Shown one piece after another: positions 39,101-54,100 of a DNA stretch of 64,000 nucleotides. How positions within the stretch are numbered: the first letter of the stretch is position 1; each line of letters opens with the position of its first letter. Source of the stretch: Ascidiella aspersa (taxonomy: Eukaryota). Location: assembly GCA_963924565.1 (NCBI GenBank), contig OZ004610.1:9052001-9116000 (forward strand). Direction: 5' to 3'. The notes below the pieces were generated by a model. That model saw only the letters and a list, made by a program, of their open reading frames with translations. It had not been told where the DNA came from and made no database searches. The position numbers were made by a program, and so were the translations under genes.

Positions 39101-42100
39101 CATGGATTTCTCGGGTCAAAATAGGGGGTTTGATTGCCTTAGTTAAACTCAAAAAATGTAAAGTACAAATTAAAAACTTAAAATAATTATTTATAATATT
39201 GCAATAAATCTTTGCGGGTCGATTCGGTTAAATTTAAGCTACATCCGTTAAAAACCTCAGTCGTCGTGCCTTGTGTGATGCTGTAATGATAATTTATCCT
39301 GTTTACTCAAATGATAAAACGGCATTTCTGTCACTGACGAAGTGCTCACGCTTTTGTATTTAAAACACTAACCTGAAACCTCATCAAGTGTCTGAGTCGT
39401 GTCGTTTTGTTCGCTTGCAAAATAGTGTGATACGCGCTCGCCCAATGTGCAATAGTTTGTCGGTGTTTATGTGCAAACAAAATGCTACTCTTGGTCTTTT
39501 TATGTAATACCGTATATAGATCTTGAACGATAATGATGCGAGCATATAGACAGGACGTTTATCTTAATGTGAAATACATGATACTTGAAATGACTTGTCA
39601 TCGTATGTTGTAAAATATATTCGACTTAACTGTAGCTCTTCGAAAACGCCAAACTGCTGTTCTTTGAAAAGTTAGTATAAATTTTACCACTTATATAAAG
39701 GGGAGTTGAAACTTTAAGTTTTAGGCTGCTGCGGTTGCTTTTTTTTGCTTGGTGCGGTTGCTTTGAGTTTTTGCCGTGCATGGGTATGACGCAAATTCGT
39801 TAAAATTTGAGAGTTCTGCCAAAATGTAGTGCGAGAATGCATAAGCTTAGCATCGACAGACTTTTTGGCACCCGCCACGATTACGCATCATCGTAACCTT
39901 AGTCATAACTTGTTTTTTTTATAATTTATAGTTCATTGTTCGTTTTGAGCAGCAAGAGTTTCGTTTCTATTCATTTTCGCGGGAGTTGCCAACATTGCAC
40001 TCTTGGCTTTTTTGCATCTATCGCTCAAATATAGCGCATGACTATATGAGCAACAAAATTCAACGCCTTATTAAGAAATCGCAACCCCTGTACCGAAACT
40101 TAAACTTCAAAAGGATTGGTATCGGTGCGAAGGGACAAGTATATACGCTTCTACACTTGTCGTGTAATTAATGTGCGAAGCCACTTGTGTTCGATTACAA
40201 CTGAAAAAAATTTTACTTTTTGCGCGGGAACCTTTTCCCGAACCCTGTAGACCTGTCACTCTGCCAAGGCGTCAAGCCACGGGTTTTTGCGTTTTCAGGC
40301 AATTAATCGGCCGATGCGGGTGTTGCCGTGTTAGCTATTTTTAGACCCGGGTTATTGCGTGGACAAGGCACTTTTATGGCGTAGCGTTTATTCAAGTGTA
40401 TGATGTTTATTTTGCTTGTAGAGATGTGATGTCAAGGGGGTGTGGAAAAATCCGTAGAGGTAGATGACGTCAGTTTTGAGGATAAGATGGGAGTATCTTA
40501 AGTCAGTTGCGCCATTTGTTTGTTGTTTTCTCCTTGTGCGTTTTAACAACATCACCGTCGGCCGCTATTCAGAGTCATCTATTACGGGTGTGGGACGCGG
40601 GTAGATAAGTTCTACAAAGGTGTGTTGTAGGTAGCAATGCTCTGTCGTTTTTCTTAGTTAGGTTCGTTGAAATTGCTGCTTTTTTACAATTTGTTTGTTA
40701 AGGCGATCGAAAGTGCAGCCAGCAGCAAGGAATGATATTCATTTAAAGTCGTTCTGTGTCAAATACTAAGCACAATATTTGCAGAAATGGTGTATTTCGC
40801 TTGCAACAGAGCTCGAGATTTTAACCACTATTGCTTCCTCCGTACGGTGTTCAATTTGAATCTGACTGTTGCGCTTACTCCAGGAACAGAACTTACACTT
40901 TGCGCGACAGTTTACCCTTGGTGAATATATAGCCAGGTCAATTGTCCCTAGGTCGGGGTATTTTGGGCAGCCAGAGAGTTATCAAATATGGATGGAAAAC
41001 AAAACCTATTCTTCTCCTGACTCGGGGTAAAAAAGCCTTTTAATTCTATTCAAGGCAAAGTTACGTATTTTATTCCTATTAGCGTATAATTCAAAGTACT
41101 CTATTTTTATTTTTGCTCTGAAAATTTTTGATTTAATTGTATTATTTTTTTTTCTAATACCATTTTGTTGCACCCGTACTATACTATCGGAATCCCGGTC
41201 CCGACTTCCAGCCGTCGCAGCACGAACTTTTTGCACCTGGAAGATATCAAACGTCACATACCGCCTGTGACGTTGCAATTTCCATGCCAGGAAGCGAAGG
41301 CAAGTGTGCCGGCAAGAAGTCCGCGCATCCGTCGAATACAACCAGCAACCCACGTCATCAGTTCACCCCTTGATTTGTCAAAGGGCAGGTTTCGGGTGGT
41401 CAGTAATGATATTGGGGCGCAAACGCGGAAGGCGAAAACTTTGGTGTCGCATTTTAAGTTGGCAAAGTTTGTCTTAAGGCGAATGCTTTTAACGCATTTG
41501 ATTAATGTTTTTGTATGTAAAAGCAGCTTCTCAGAAAACTAGTTTTGCCTTTGATGTTGAAAGCTAAAGGATTTGTATTCGTTCGTATGGGCCTTTGTGC
41601 GTGAGGATGACTTTTGGTACTGCAATGTGGCTTGGTAGATTGGTTTAGCAGTATTCAACGATTTTCGCCTTGTTTCTAGCAAATGATTTGCCGACGCCCT
41701 TTCGGAGTCACGTAGCAATATCTGTCTGGCTGATGGTTTAATATTGATGAATGCTGTACGCTTTAAGTAGAGTAACGTTTAACAGGCACGTCGCCGTTTT
41801 TGCGTTACATTTTTTATAAATGTGTTAAAACAAAAAATAAAATGAGATAGTTTGCAATTGATTTAACACAAATAATAAAAATGGTAAACTATATAGTGCA
41901 AATGACTAAATCGCAAAGGGAGTTTTTGAATCAGACGCCATATGTTTCATTATGCAGTGAAACGCATTTCTACCAACAAAACGTTACTTCTACCCATAGA
42001 AGTAAATTTCTACCAACAAAACAGAGTATAGTTAGGTATAAGGAATTTTGTTTTAAGAGCGTGTGGCCGTGCATGGTAGCTGTTAATGGCAATAAGAAGT

Positions 42101-45100
42101 ACGCAGTTCGAATTGCTGCAAACATGCGGTGACACTGACCTGTTTTTACGTGTACATTAAATCCGTTTGTTTTGTTAAAAAGTTCAGTTTTGTTTTGTTT
42201 TTACCTGTGTCTAAATATATTTCAAAGTAAGACTTAACCTAATCTACGAATTTCCATAAAACGTTCATGTGTGTCGTCGATTTGGGCAAAGTTTTACTAA
42301 CGCCAGCCAACATTAATTGTTATTGTTTGTTTGTTTGCACAATTGCTCAGACCTCTGAAATACACTTTACCCGCTCTATTGTTAGAGGGGAAGAAAATCA
42401 AATTCAACCAAAGGCGGTGTTTGATTACAAAACAAAACGGGTTTGGGAGAAAAGCAGTTTACCAGCCCGCAAAAAACAAACATTTTATTTCGGAATCTTC
42501 GAAATGAGATAGCCGCCCACAAGGCTGTAAATGAATGGTAGGCCCTATAGTAGATATGCCTCTGCGGTTGTTTTTTGCCCTTGTGTTCTTCAAAACTTAG
42601 TTTTATATCTCAAGGGAGCTTGATTGAATTACGTTTTACTCGAAGCCTCGAACAAAACGCTTCAGCTATATAATAGAGTTGATTTGTGACCATATGAATA
42701 GTTTTAACTCATTTGACAATATGTTTTCAGTCAGTCCTATTATCACACGCAGTGCAAACACGTTTTCAGAAATCAGTTTTTACAAATAAACTTGCAACCC
42801 AGTATAGCAATTATATTTGAACATAATTATGTCACGTCATTTCTGTCTGTGTCGTGCAGTTTTTTTTAACGAAAAGGGACAATTAGATGCAAACAAAAGT
42901 AGCAGATCCATTAGTGCTATAATTTTAACTTTTGTTGATAAAAATATTAACTTGACGACGTGGTAGAATTTCAGTCCATAAAGTGTTGCTGTGTTTAGCT
43001 GTCAAGAGGTATTTTCGTATACAATTTTCAGTCAGTTTATAAAGTTAGCTTTTCGATAGTATTTTAGCCCAGCTTCGAACCGCGTAATTTTGTGCAGAAC
43101 TTTTACTGGTGACTGTGACTATTTCCATTTTCTTGTGGAGTGTATTCTATACCGATTGCGAATTGAATTTATTTAAAAGATTGTGCTGCGGCTAACATTT
43201 TCGCTTCAGTTCTGACATATTTGAGGGGGATTTTTAATATTTTTTTTGTGTTTTATTACCTTGGATAAGAGGCTTTTAATTACCATCTAAGAGACAAAAA
43301 ACATATCTCATTTAACTTCTAAAAGATAGCATAAGTGTCATACATGGCGTGTTTTGTGCCTTATTAATCGAAAACGGCGTCAGTTAAGTTTAGAATTACT
43401 TGAACGTAAAGCAGTTATAGTTGCGCCACTGTGTTTTCTACCAGCGTGGTACATCGAGTTCCAGCATGTCAATGGTTCCCCAAAGGCTTCCATGCAGTCC
43501 CGAAGCGCTGTAAGTTTTCCATGTAGATCAGCGTCGGTTTCTCCATGCCTCTGCCAAGTACAAACCGTAAAGCGTTTGAAAAGCGTGCTACAACCAAGCT
43601 TACCGTATAATCGTGTGCTTTTCGTCAACTAACCGGTCTCGATATTTTTTTGCAACGCTGAACTTGTGACTCTCCAAAAGGGTTGCGTCGAATACAGCGT
43701 TCGGCCAAGTTACGAAGCCATTTAGAAAAACAGTCTTTTTTGCCCACTTTTTGAGTCAGGTGAAGAGTGACGACATAATTCGCCCTTTAGGGTTTGTAAA
43801 AAATATACACAGTTAAAAATGATTATAAACCTCTCCTTTATTTAAAAAATCGCTTTCTCATTTCCGTAGCGTGTTATTTTTCCTGCTTGGCAAACACCTG
43901 TAGCGGCAAGAAAGCTACGCTTCGCGTTGTCGTCAATTGCGACAGGCAGTCGCGATCGGGTTTTCGTGAAAAAAAGGGGCGTGCTCGTCAATATGTAAAA
44001 CGGGTTTGCGACACGCCAATACGATGCTACGCGAAAATAACAAGCGTAAATCAATCGCTATGGCGCAAGGCGAAATAGCTTACGTAGTGAAAGGGAACCT
44101 GGACTGAGTATTTAGGTTTTTGTTAAGGTGAACAAATCGCGAGCACCACTAAACAATTCGTGTAGTATAAATTTGCTGCTTGTGCACTTGCAGAATCAGA
44201 ACTTTGTGTCAATATTTAGAAATGAAGTTGTAAACAGAATGTATAAACTTTGGTAAAGCGCTTAAACTAGAATAAGCTATGTGGATTAAATTGTATTCAT
44301 TTTGTTAGGTTTGGGTAACTTTGTTCGAAAATAATGTTGTATCGGTACTCGTCCTATACTAGAATTGAATCAGTGACGGTCTGAAGGTAAATTAATATGG
44401 GAATTACAGTCATGATTAAAGGAATTACAGCCACGATATTTCTATCTTGAAAATATTTTTTTAATACGGTAGGTTCATAACTGAAGTTAACAAAACTTTT
44501 GACGCGAAGCAAATCTAATTTCCTTGTCTGGGCATAGTAATGACATGATTTTGTATCAGATTGGAATTTTGTCCGAAACATCGGTTATCGATATCTGGAT
44601 AACATGACAAGTATCGGACATCTTTATCGTTCTGTGTATGTTAGGTTTCCAAGTCGGGTACCGGCTTGTGATTCCAGTGCGCAACCCATCTCCGGTTTGT
44701 TTTGATTTTGAACGCACACCTTCTGCCGTTGCCCTTGAATAGCCCCCTTTATGCTGGCCATATCTTGGCTGTACACTGGCTTTATGCTAGCTGTATACTG
44801 TGAAGGCGACGTCGTTGTGTTATTAGCGCATTGTCAACTGATTTATGTTTTTGCGTGTCGGACTTGGCTAGGCAAATTGTTAAAGACTGCAAACGAGATT
44901 TCAACTGCCATGAGCAAAAGCATTGTGCAGCATTGAGCAGCGTTAAGCAGCGTCAGGACAGACCAGCACGTTTGATTGATGCACGCCAGTCCCTAATGAC
45001 TTCAAATCCAATCTGAAGCTAATGCGTAAAGTTCGCGACATTCTAGCGTTTCCATTCAAGCGAGCGCAAGTTTAGATTCAAAATGCAAATTGGACAACCT

Positions 45101-48100
45101 ATTGTAAAGACATCAAACAAAATCAAGACGGGCATGTTTAATTGGAAAGCAGTTCAAAGTAGTTTATAATGTTTCTATATTATAATGCGGGACTTATTCT
45201 GTCGACTAGGTAATTTAAAATAGCCATTGCCAATTATTGAGATCTTGACAAGAAAGTGGTCTACTCAGGGATCTCGTTCTATCGACTGTCTGTTATTGAT
45301 TTTTCCCTTGATCGTTTGAAGTCTACCGCACGCTCAACGCGTCCGACATCCGTGTTAAACGATCGCATCTGCGGAAATATGGCCTTGTAATGCCGTCGGC
45401 TTATCGCGGATTTACGGGATTGCATCTTACGCCGACGTCACATCGTTACCGGGGATTCAAGGCGAAGAACAGTGACGCTAAGCGATAGCCTTGGTTATTT
45501 TTAAAGCCGTTTTTTATTTAGCTATATATAAGAGTAACGAAACAAAAGAAACTCAACAAAGTGCGCTAAACTAAAAACCCGCTTGATGCGATCATACGTT
45601 GGACGTAAAGCAGTTGTATATTTATGTAAAGCTATATAATGTGTTTGTCGCTGGGACAAAGTGTGACTGTTTGCAGCAGCCAGAGTTGAAGCTCCACGAG
45701 GGCCTTCTTTACTTGATGGTCTAAAATTCGCTTTAGCTTTTCTTTTTCACACTGTTTTGACTATGGTTTTGTGACTTTAAAAGTGTACTTGATTACCTCC
45801 ATTCGGGCGTCCGTTTTAGATCCCATTTTGCGACATGTTACCAACGTGATTCTCGAAACATGTTGACGGGTACGAAATCACCTAATTTCATTTATTTGTA
45901 TTCACATACATAAAGGGCTGACTGCTTGTCCTTACAACTCGTGCTTTTCTTGGCTCGCAGCGAATCAATAAGTTGACTTTCGCGCGTCCTATCGAGATTC
46001 CCGGAAGCCGAGTTCGAAACTCACCGCGCCCAGTTCTCGTTCGCAAGGCGGTGTCGGAGATTTACCGTGATATTCAGTTGACACCGCTTGCCGGACGTTG
46101 CTCGTTTAACTGGTAATCTGTTGTTTTTTCGCGCCGCAGCTTATCACGAATGCGAAGTCGCACCGGTATTTAGGCCCCGACCCGTGGTGAGAAGTTGCCG
46201 TCCTGTTTGCTGGCTGCTGGCCTTTCGGTCACGGAAGAGCTTGTTTGCGTGTTTTGTCTTGCTGTGCAAAGGTTGCGCACAACTTTTGGCGGTACAAAAG
46301 GACATTAGTGCGTGCAACCCAACAGCGTTGAAACTACAGCGTATTTTTAGTTTTTGCGCCTCGGCAGTTAATGTGGCATTTGTATTTTAAAGGGTAAATG
46401 CAACCTTGCTAAATAGAAAATGTTTGCGAAGAAAATTGTTATTCTGTATTCAGGATTGCAAACTCAACGAAAAATATGCAGATTGTTTGTTTGAAGTAAA
46501 ACCTAGTTACCATAGCCTGTGAAAATTATAGGTTCCTGTTTTGTCGCGATTAATATGGTTCTTACCAACGGATGAGCTATATAAGATTGAGTTATCACAG
46601 TGCAGAAGTGCAGGGTGAAGAGGTGGCTGTTGTGCGTCACTGCTCGATATTTTACCGCGCAGTTCTTAACAAAGTACTCAACTCGTTTTTATCTCTATGG
46701 GAAAATACCTACGCTTTTTATTGTGCAGCACTTTACATGGTGGAAAGAAGGTAACTATAGCTGCAATGATATTCAATAACAAACAGGGTGGTATATTTTG
46801 ATCAATTGGCTTAAATACACCGTTTCAAATTTTAATATAAAAACTCGATAAAGTTTTGCGAAGTTTATAGAAGCATTGGTTGGGAAGTAAGCCAGCTAAG
46901 ATTTCCATCCATGAAGTCATGTTAACTGCGTTTGGCAACTGATTTCAGTCGCTCTGAGTCCCCGTTAATGGCATTACAGCAGGACGGGTGGCATAAAATT
47001 ACTTTGACCGCTGTCGGGTCGTAAACTGGCTGGCTGGCTGCGAGGGCTTAACTGCCAGGTGCCCTTCTGTAGATCGGGCGCTTTTAGAGGTATTACAAAC
47101 GATAAGATGACGCGGGCAATTCAATTCCGTGAGCTCGCAAAAGTTTGCCGTCCGTGTCTGGCCTCTTTCGAGGTAAACCATTGCCGAGTGGTGCCTTATC
47201 TTTGCCCAGAGACGCCGCCGCCCAGCAATTCGGAAGCCAGTCCACGTTATACCAGGCGCTGCTGCTGTTTTATTTTGTAATGTGCTATACGCACAGCCTT
47301 TACCAGCAGTTTTACCGCCACGTTCCGCAATAATGGAACGCGGTGAAAACGTTTGATCTAACGCAGTAGGGACGCAGCGTTTAATATCTTTCAAAGTCGT
47401 GACAGTGACAGTGACCAGGAGGCCAGGCGGCGTTCCTTGATAGTTTTTTTTTGCCTGCTGAGGCAAAGCTACCGTTTTCTTCTATGCAATTGAAGGTCGT
47501 GAAAGACAATATACATTAACGTCGTTAGAAGATGGTTCCTATTATGCCTTCGTTGCCTAGCAGTTTCGTCAAGCAAGTTACGTCACAGGTGGTAAGCAAG
47601 AGATTTACAAGTATGTCTTAGACCGCGCAACCTTACCAAAGCGATTAGGGCAGGAAATGAACGTACCTAGCTATAGCTCTTTTTTGTTCAGAAGGGTTAA
47701 ATAAATATTTTTAGTCCCACAAGATGACGCGATGAAACCAGCCAGATATAGATTAACAGTGTTGTGATTCAGAGCTGGTAAACACCAAATAAGCATTAGC
47801 CGGTCTGACTTCCCAGTCATGTCACTTAAAAGTAAAAAAACGCCCTAAAACACAAAAGACAATTCTGGCGTCAACGGGTTTACTGCCCCAATGACCAAAT
47901 TTGCCAAACGGATCTTAGGCAAAAGTTTTCAGTTTACCCACCGTGTAGTAATAATATGATCGATTGCTTGCAAAAATATTTCGCGCCCAACATGTTTTAC
48001 GAGGCATGGTTAATGACGTCATTGCAATTTGCGTTTTTTGGCGTCGTGTTGACAATGCCTGCCAAAGAAAGACGGCGTTTTCGAAATTAGCACTTAGACG

Positions 48101-51100
48101 TGTTCAGTTTTCTCTGAAATTCTGAAAGCGACCCAACGATACAATTTAGGTTATGAGGCGCCATTCTACTCAAAAAGTAATTTTGGGGTCGATTTCTGCC
48201 CAAATAAAGGTCGCATACAGATTCGGAACATTGCACGGGTGTTTTTTTTGTTTTGAGATTCCAACAGTCTCGATTTTTTATACCAGTGCAGTAATTTTTC
48301 AACAGTTTTTTTCGTTACGCGGTGCCTTACAGGAGCCAGTCACTGATGATCCGATAAAGACAGGAAAAAATGTCCTGTCCTGAACCCAAGGCTTTCCGGT
48401 TCGCGGCCCATTACGCGCCGGTGCGTTCATTTATTAGCGTCGTGCCGACGCAACCCAATATTTTGATTCGCGCGCATTTTGCCTTGCGACGGCATCAGTT
48501 GGCCTCATGGTTGCTGGAATTTTAATTCGGTCTCTTTATTAATGGCGGACAATTTTGCCACCCTGGAAATGTGCATGACAACAGAGCGAGAACAGCTTGT
48601 AAGGATTGTCTCAACAAGTAGAAAAAGTCATGAGTTTTAAAAGAAAGACTGACGTTTTTTTCTCAGAAGTTGGCCTAGCGCCTTACCGAGTCCATGATTT
48701 AGCAAGTTAGTTGCTGAGCCGCTTTGGGGCTTTGCGGGTACGCTGAGGCAACTTTCCGGGCCAAATAGAATTTGGAATTTGTGGAGGCGTGTTTGCAGTT
48801 GGCGCGTTGCGAGAGATTCGCGTTTTTCAGTTAGTTGGTCTGTGGCTCTGCGCTTAACACTAAACTAATAGGCATTCCAAGCGCGACGCAAGCCAGGTGT
48901 ATAGGAGCGCAGCACGACACGTGCGGAATTTGCATCAAACTGTAAGCCCAAATGTCGAGTTATGTAATTTGAAACGTGCGATTGAGTAAAAGGGTGAAAG
49001 GAATTGGCCGGCTAGTCTGTTTGGCGAGGTTCAATGAGTGTTTCAGGCTCCGGTAAATAGGAAGTTTTGTATACAAGAGCTTCGGTAGCAATACGAATGC
49101 CATGTTTTGTTAGTGAACAGTCTTAGTGTTCGGGGTGCACGTTTTGCTTGGGTTGTAACCAATGCAGGTGTTATTAGAGTTGTATAGGTGTATTTCCTTG
49201 TAATATTTCACCAAAGTCGTGACAGTGACAGTGACAGTGGTCAGTCGGTTTTCCTTGATAGCTGTTTGCCTGTTGAGGCAAAGTTATCGCCTTTTTGGCA
49301 ATTGAAGGCCGTGAAAGACATTATATATTGCCGTTGCTAGAAGATGGTTCCTATTATGCCTTCATTGCCTAGCAGTTTCGTCCAGCAAGTTACAACACAG
49401 GTGGTAAACAGGAGATTTTACAAGTATAGCTAAAAGTAATGACTTAAACGGCTCAGGTAAATAAGAGGTTTTGTATACTAGCGCTTCTGTAGCAATACTA
49501 ACCCATGTTGTGTTATTGAACAGTTGTAGAGTTCGGTACACGTGTGGCTGGGGTTGTAACCAATTAAGGTGTTACTAGAGTTGTATACGTGTATTTCCTT
49601 ATTTCATTTTACCTATATATTGGTGTTTTTTAGTTTGTGAAATCAAAACATTTATTACTTTTTGCTTGGGTACTTTTAGTGGCAAATTTTGAAAGGGCAT
49701 AAACAAGAAGAGAATTGGTCATTTTAGTAGGAACTAAATTGAAATGGCTTACACACTTCGGTTTGTTGCCAATAACAATTTGAATCGTGCAATGTATTAA
49801 GACTCAGTTGGCGAGTTTCCACCGTGAATTGCCATGGAGAGATGGGAGTCGGGCATCTTTATATGTGTATCACTTTTTTGGTCCGCCGCTAAAATACGTT
49901 CTTAGCGAGTCATAATTACCATACAAGGCCTCGTGTTATGACTATATGTGTGTGGATGGTTGCATTAGTTTACTCATGTTGTTCTAGTTCGGGATTTTTC
50001 TTGGAAAATTCTAACACTTGTTTTGTTTCATTTTGCAGTGTTAGTCTGTTGATAAACTGCATAGGCAAATTTCGCTTCGTACTAAAACCGTAAAAGCATC
50101 GCGACAATTACGCAATAAAGGTAAGTATAGCTACAACCAACTGGTCATAAAATATCTGCTGTTACATCTCTAACTTTAACGCTGACGCAACCGCACAATA
50201 ACAATTTACCCTCGCACTTGTTGTTTTACGTCGCACTTAGGAGAAACTCCCCTAAAATTGTTGTGAAACTTTGTACGAGGCGAATCGCCCGTTCGGGTGT
50301 GCACAGCACCCAGATGACGCCATGACGTAAACGGGCTTTATTATGACGTCACGCACCGCTGAGCCGCTTACCTTTGTGACGCAGGAATCGACGGCAGTCG
50401 TACGACGTCAACGGATCGTCGCCGAACAACAAGAAGAAGTTCCTTCAGAAGGCCGCCGGATTTTTCGACAAGTAAGCGCTCGGTTGTATAGCGGGGTGAC
50501 CTCGAGTAACCCCCGGTTTCGTCTCAGCGGCGGCCGTTGACCCGATTCGGCCCCCTGTAGATATGGGGAAAGGAATGTTTGCGAAATGTGAGGTAATGTC
50601 GCCCGTGTTTCCAACTTGTTGTCGGTCGATTGCGAAGAGCGCGCTCAACCACACACACACAGACATAACTTGGGTTTGCCCCGGAGCGATTCGGGCACGT
50701 ACACCCTAAGTTCGCGGTATTCGTGACGCGTTGGAAATTATTCCAATGCCCGCTTTTTTTCATATTATTGGTTTATGTCATAAGCCAAATACTAATTACG
50801 CTTAGTGCTCCTATATTAGCTGATCGGTCGCGTATTTCTGCGCCACTTCCGGACAAAGTGTCTGCCTTGTTTTAAACATGCATATTCATAGGAACACATC
50901 GGCACGCGGCTCGCGACGGTCAGTGTTTTTAAAGCAAAGCCGGAAACGTCAGATATAGCATCACTCGGTTTTAAGTCCATCTGTCTCACACGTCAAACGA
51001 GGACTCCGCCATGACAGCCTTGCGCACTTTGGCATACATGATTCACAGTTGTCCTGAAAAATAAATCAAATACGCCCACTGTGGCTCGATCAGGTGCGAT

Positions 51101-54100
51101 TTTCCACCTTTAGTCCAATCCTGTCAAAATAAATCCAAGGTTCCCTTCAGACCTTTAACTGATGCTCGTGTCGTTTGGGTCGCTTTTTATCACGCTACGC
51201 AAGCTAACTAAACTTTGTTTCAGGCACAGTTGTGAACATCAAAATTGTTGTTACCCGGGAACAGTAATTTTTGACATATCCTTTAATGTGCTTTTTACCG
51301 AAATAAAGGGGGCAGTAGTTTCCTGATGACATCTATATAATATAGGGTATAACTTTCAACTTTTAGGGCCTCAAGTACATAAAATGTCACTGCTAGCTTT
51401 ATATAATACAAAAGAACGGACACGTCGATAAACGTCTTAGATAACATATTCACAGTATTGTTCTAATTGCTTGCAATCAAAATTCGATGTTTAGATTGTA
51501 AGATGGATATGGCAATATTAGAGAAGGCTTCTCGTGGCTATTACCCTTGAAGGTGAACGCTGGAAGTAAAAAAGGTTTTAGTCGGTGCTCGGACTTACAC
51601 ATGTACGTACGGGCGCCGAGTTCGCCCTGGAGATTCCTCGATTTGTCAATAAGAGCACACACTATTGATTCCCAGGCGACCGACAGTGCACTCTCGACGA
51701 GCATGTTTTTACACTTGGGCACCGAGGAAGCAGCTTGTCTGACCTGCCTCGATAATTATCGGCTGCTTTGCGTTTGACGAAATCTACCCTTTACAGTCGG
51801 ACGGCCCACAAGTTCGTTACAATATCACGAAGGCCTTGTAAAAGCCTTAGCTTGCGGGTGCTTGTACGTAAATGCCTTACCCTTTTAATAGTGTTAAAGA
51901 TGCGCTGATTGTACGTTGAAGAGTCGTAATATTGGACAAAAGATTGTGTTTTTAATAAACGGCTTTTTGCACATCAGCGACTGAAATCAGTCACTTTTGT
52001 ATTCACGCTGGTCAACGTCGACGCCCCTCGATCAAATGGAGCACTACACATCCTTTAAAATGACACATCTTTTGAAATTCAAGAAAATTGTCAAAAGGTC
52101 AAAATTTCACATTCTTAGTGATACTTAATGTGCGGCCGATGATTGTGGGAAGAACAAACGAACCGAAAACCCGCAGATCCCCCGACGTGCGTGGTTTAGG
52201 CATACAAAGCTCCAGCATATGTCCACGAGCAGAGAGCCTTAGTTCATTCACCAGGAAGGTCATACTCTGGCCACCAAAAGAGCTTCTCGAAAATTTCCGA
52301 ACTGTCGCTCAACTTTAGAATCACTTGCTGATCAAGACGTATTTTGACGCGCATATTGATTTCGCTCGGGTTCGCAGCAGGGCAATCTTCTCTGTTGCTG
52401 TCAATTAAAACCTAGAAGATAGAGCAGAGCGAGCTTGTAGCCACAATAGGAGGAACCATATTTCTGCCGACCTGCCTTTAACTCCCCAGCGGCCTGCGCC
52501 CTTTCCAAATATACCTTTTTGGCGGGTGTAAGTTTGCGCTTGGTTACTACATTTTTTGGCGGTGCTTTGACTTGCCAAGTTCGCCAGACGTCGTAAAAAC
52601 AGCAGCGATCCGTTCCCACCAGGGCGCGAACTCACCAGGGGTCGGGACTCTGTCGTCACCGACTAGTTGGTGGGAATTCTTGGAAAATTAAAATCAGGCC
52701 GAAAAAGTCGCGAACGACAGCGATTTACTACACTCTTTGTTTTTCTATAAGAAAATAGAATTTTTTCCAGAACGCAAAATTTTATGTTTAAAGTCTGTCG
52801 TCAACGACGAGTTGGTTAGAATTTTTGGAAAATAAAAATAAAGCAACAAATCAAAATCTGAATTGATTCACGCTGTTTAGTTTTTCATAAGAAAATATAA
52901 ATTTTTCAAAAACGCAAAATTTGGTAAATTTTATGTTTAAAGTCTGTGGTCACCGACTTGTTGGTTAGATTTCTTAAAAAATAAAAAATAAAGCAACAAA
53001 TCTAAAGCTAAATAGATCGACGCTGTATAGTCTCCCATAAGAAAATGGAATTGTTACAAAACTGCAGTATTTGTGGATTATACGCTATAGGTGCTTGGGG
53101 CCGCCTTTCTCAAGAAGTTCAAACGCGTTTGCTTTTTTCAATGGACTTCACTCGCGTTTCCGTAGGCGGCCACGCGTTTTACGTCACATCCCTCTGCAAC
53201 TGTATAAACTTGAGTGGCGGCTGATGCACTGCGACACACGTCGAGAATTTATTTTCACCGCATGAAAGTTTAACGGAGAAGGTTCCGATTTGGTCTACGG
53301 TTATTTTGTGTTGCCGTTTAAGCCCACAGTGTTGTGTGTGTATTGCGTCAGGTGACGTGGGCTAGGCGTGCGTTAAAAAGCTTGCAGGTGTGACTCACAA
53401 CGCCGTGCAACTGGGTGACAAAGAATCCTGGATCTTTCAATCTAGCAATTGCGCAGCAGTTATGCACTGTCGGTCACCGTTTTAGATTTATGCTTTCTTG
53501 AGCGAACCGCCTATGCACAGAACTGTAGGATCACAAGCTAAATACGAATGCTTTCAGAGTTGCAGAGGTTGTCGAAGGGGCCAGGTTATGTCGAATACAT
53601 GCAACGCGTGGGCTGAGGTTTTTTGCGAACACAAAATGTATTACCTTGTTTGACAGGAGACCTAAAATGAGAAAAGGTTAGCTGTAAGTTTCTTCGGCCG
53701 TATAGGTTGCTGGAAATATCTGGCTCTGGTGTGTGCTTTATCGTGTTATTTTTTACAGTTGAACGCTCTTACTGTACAGGTGACTTCGTTAAGCCGGATT
53801 TTAAAACTATAGGTTCTTGTCTATGTGAAGCGAATCGGCTAAAGTTTGTCCTTCCCTTTTTGCGTTGTTTCCGATTATTGGACTTTTTGAAAGGCAGTCA
53901 CTGTGAATAAGTCTTCGCCACCCGAAAATCAGTTGAAACATGGCGGCGAAGAAAGCGACGAGGCTGGTCGCGCGTTCCTTTGACGACGGCGATTCGCACG
54001 TCAATCAACTGGAGGCCGAGGTGCTGGGCCTTCGCAGCCGCTTCGACAAGCTGGAGCATCAGACCGAGATACGACTGGGCAACATCGAGACCGCCATTTC

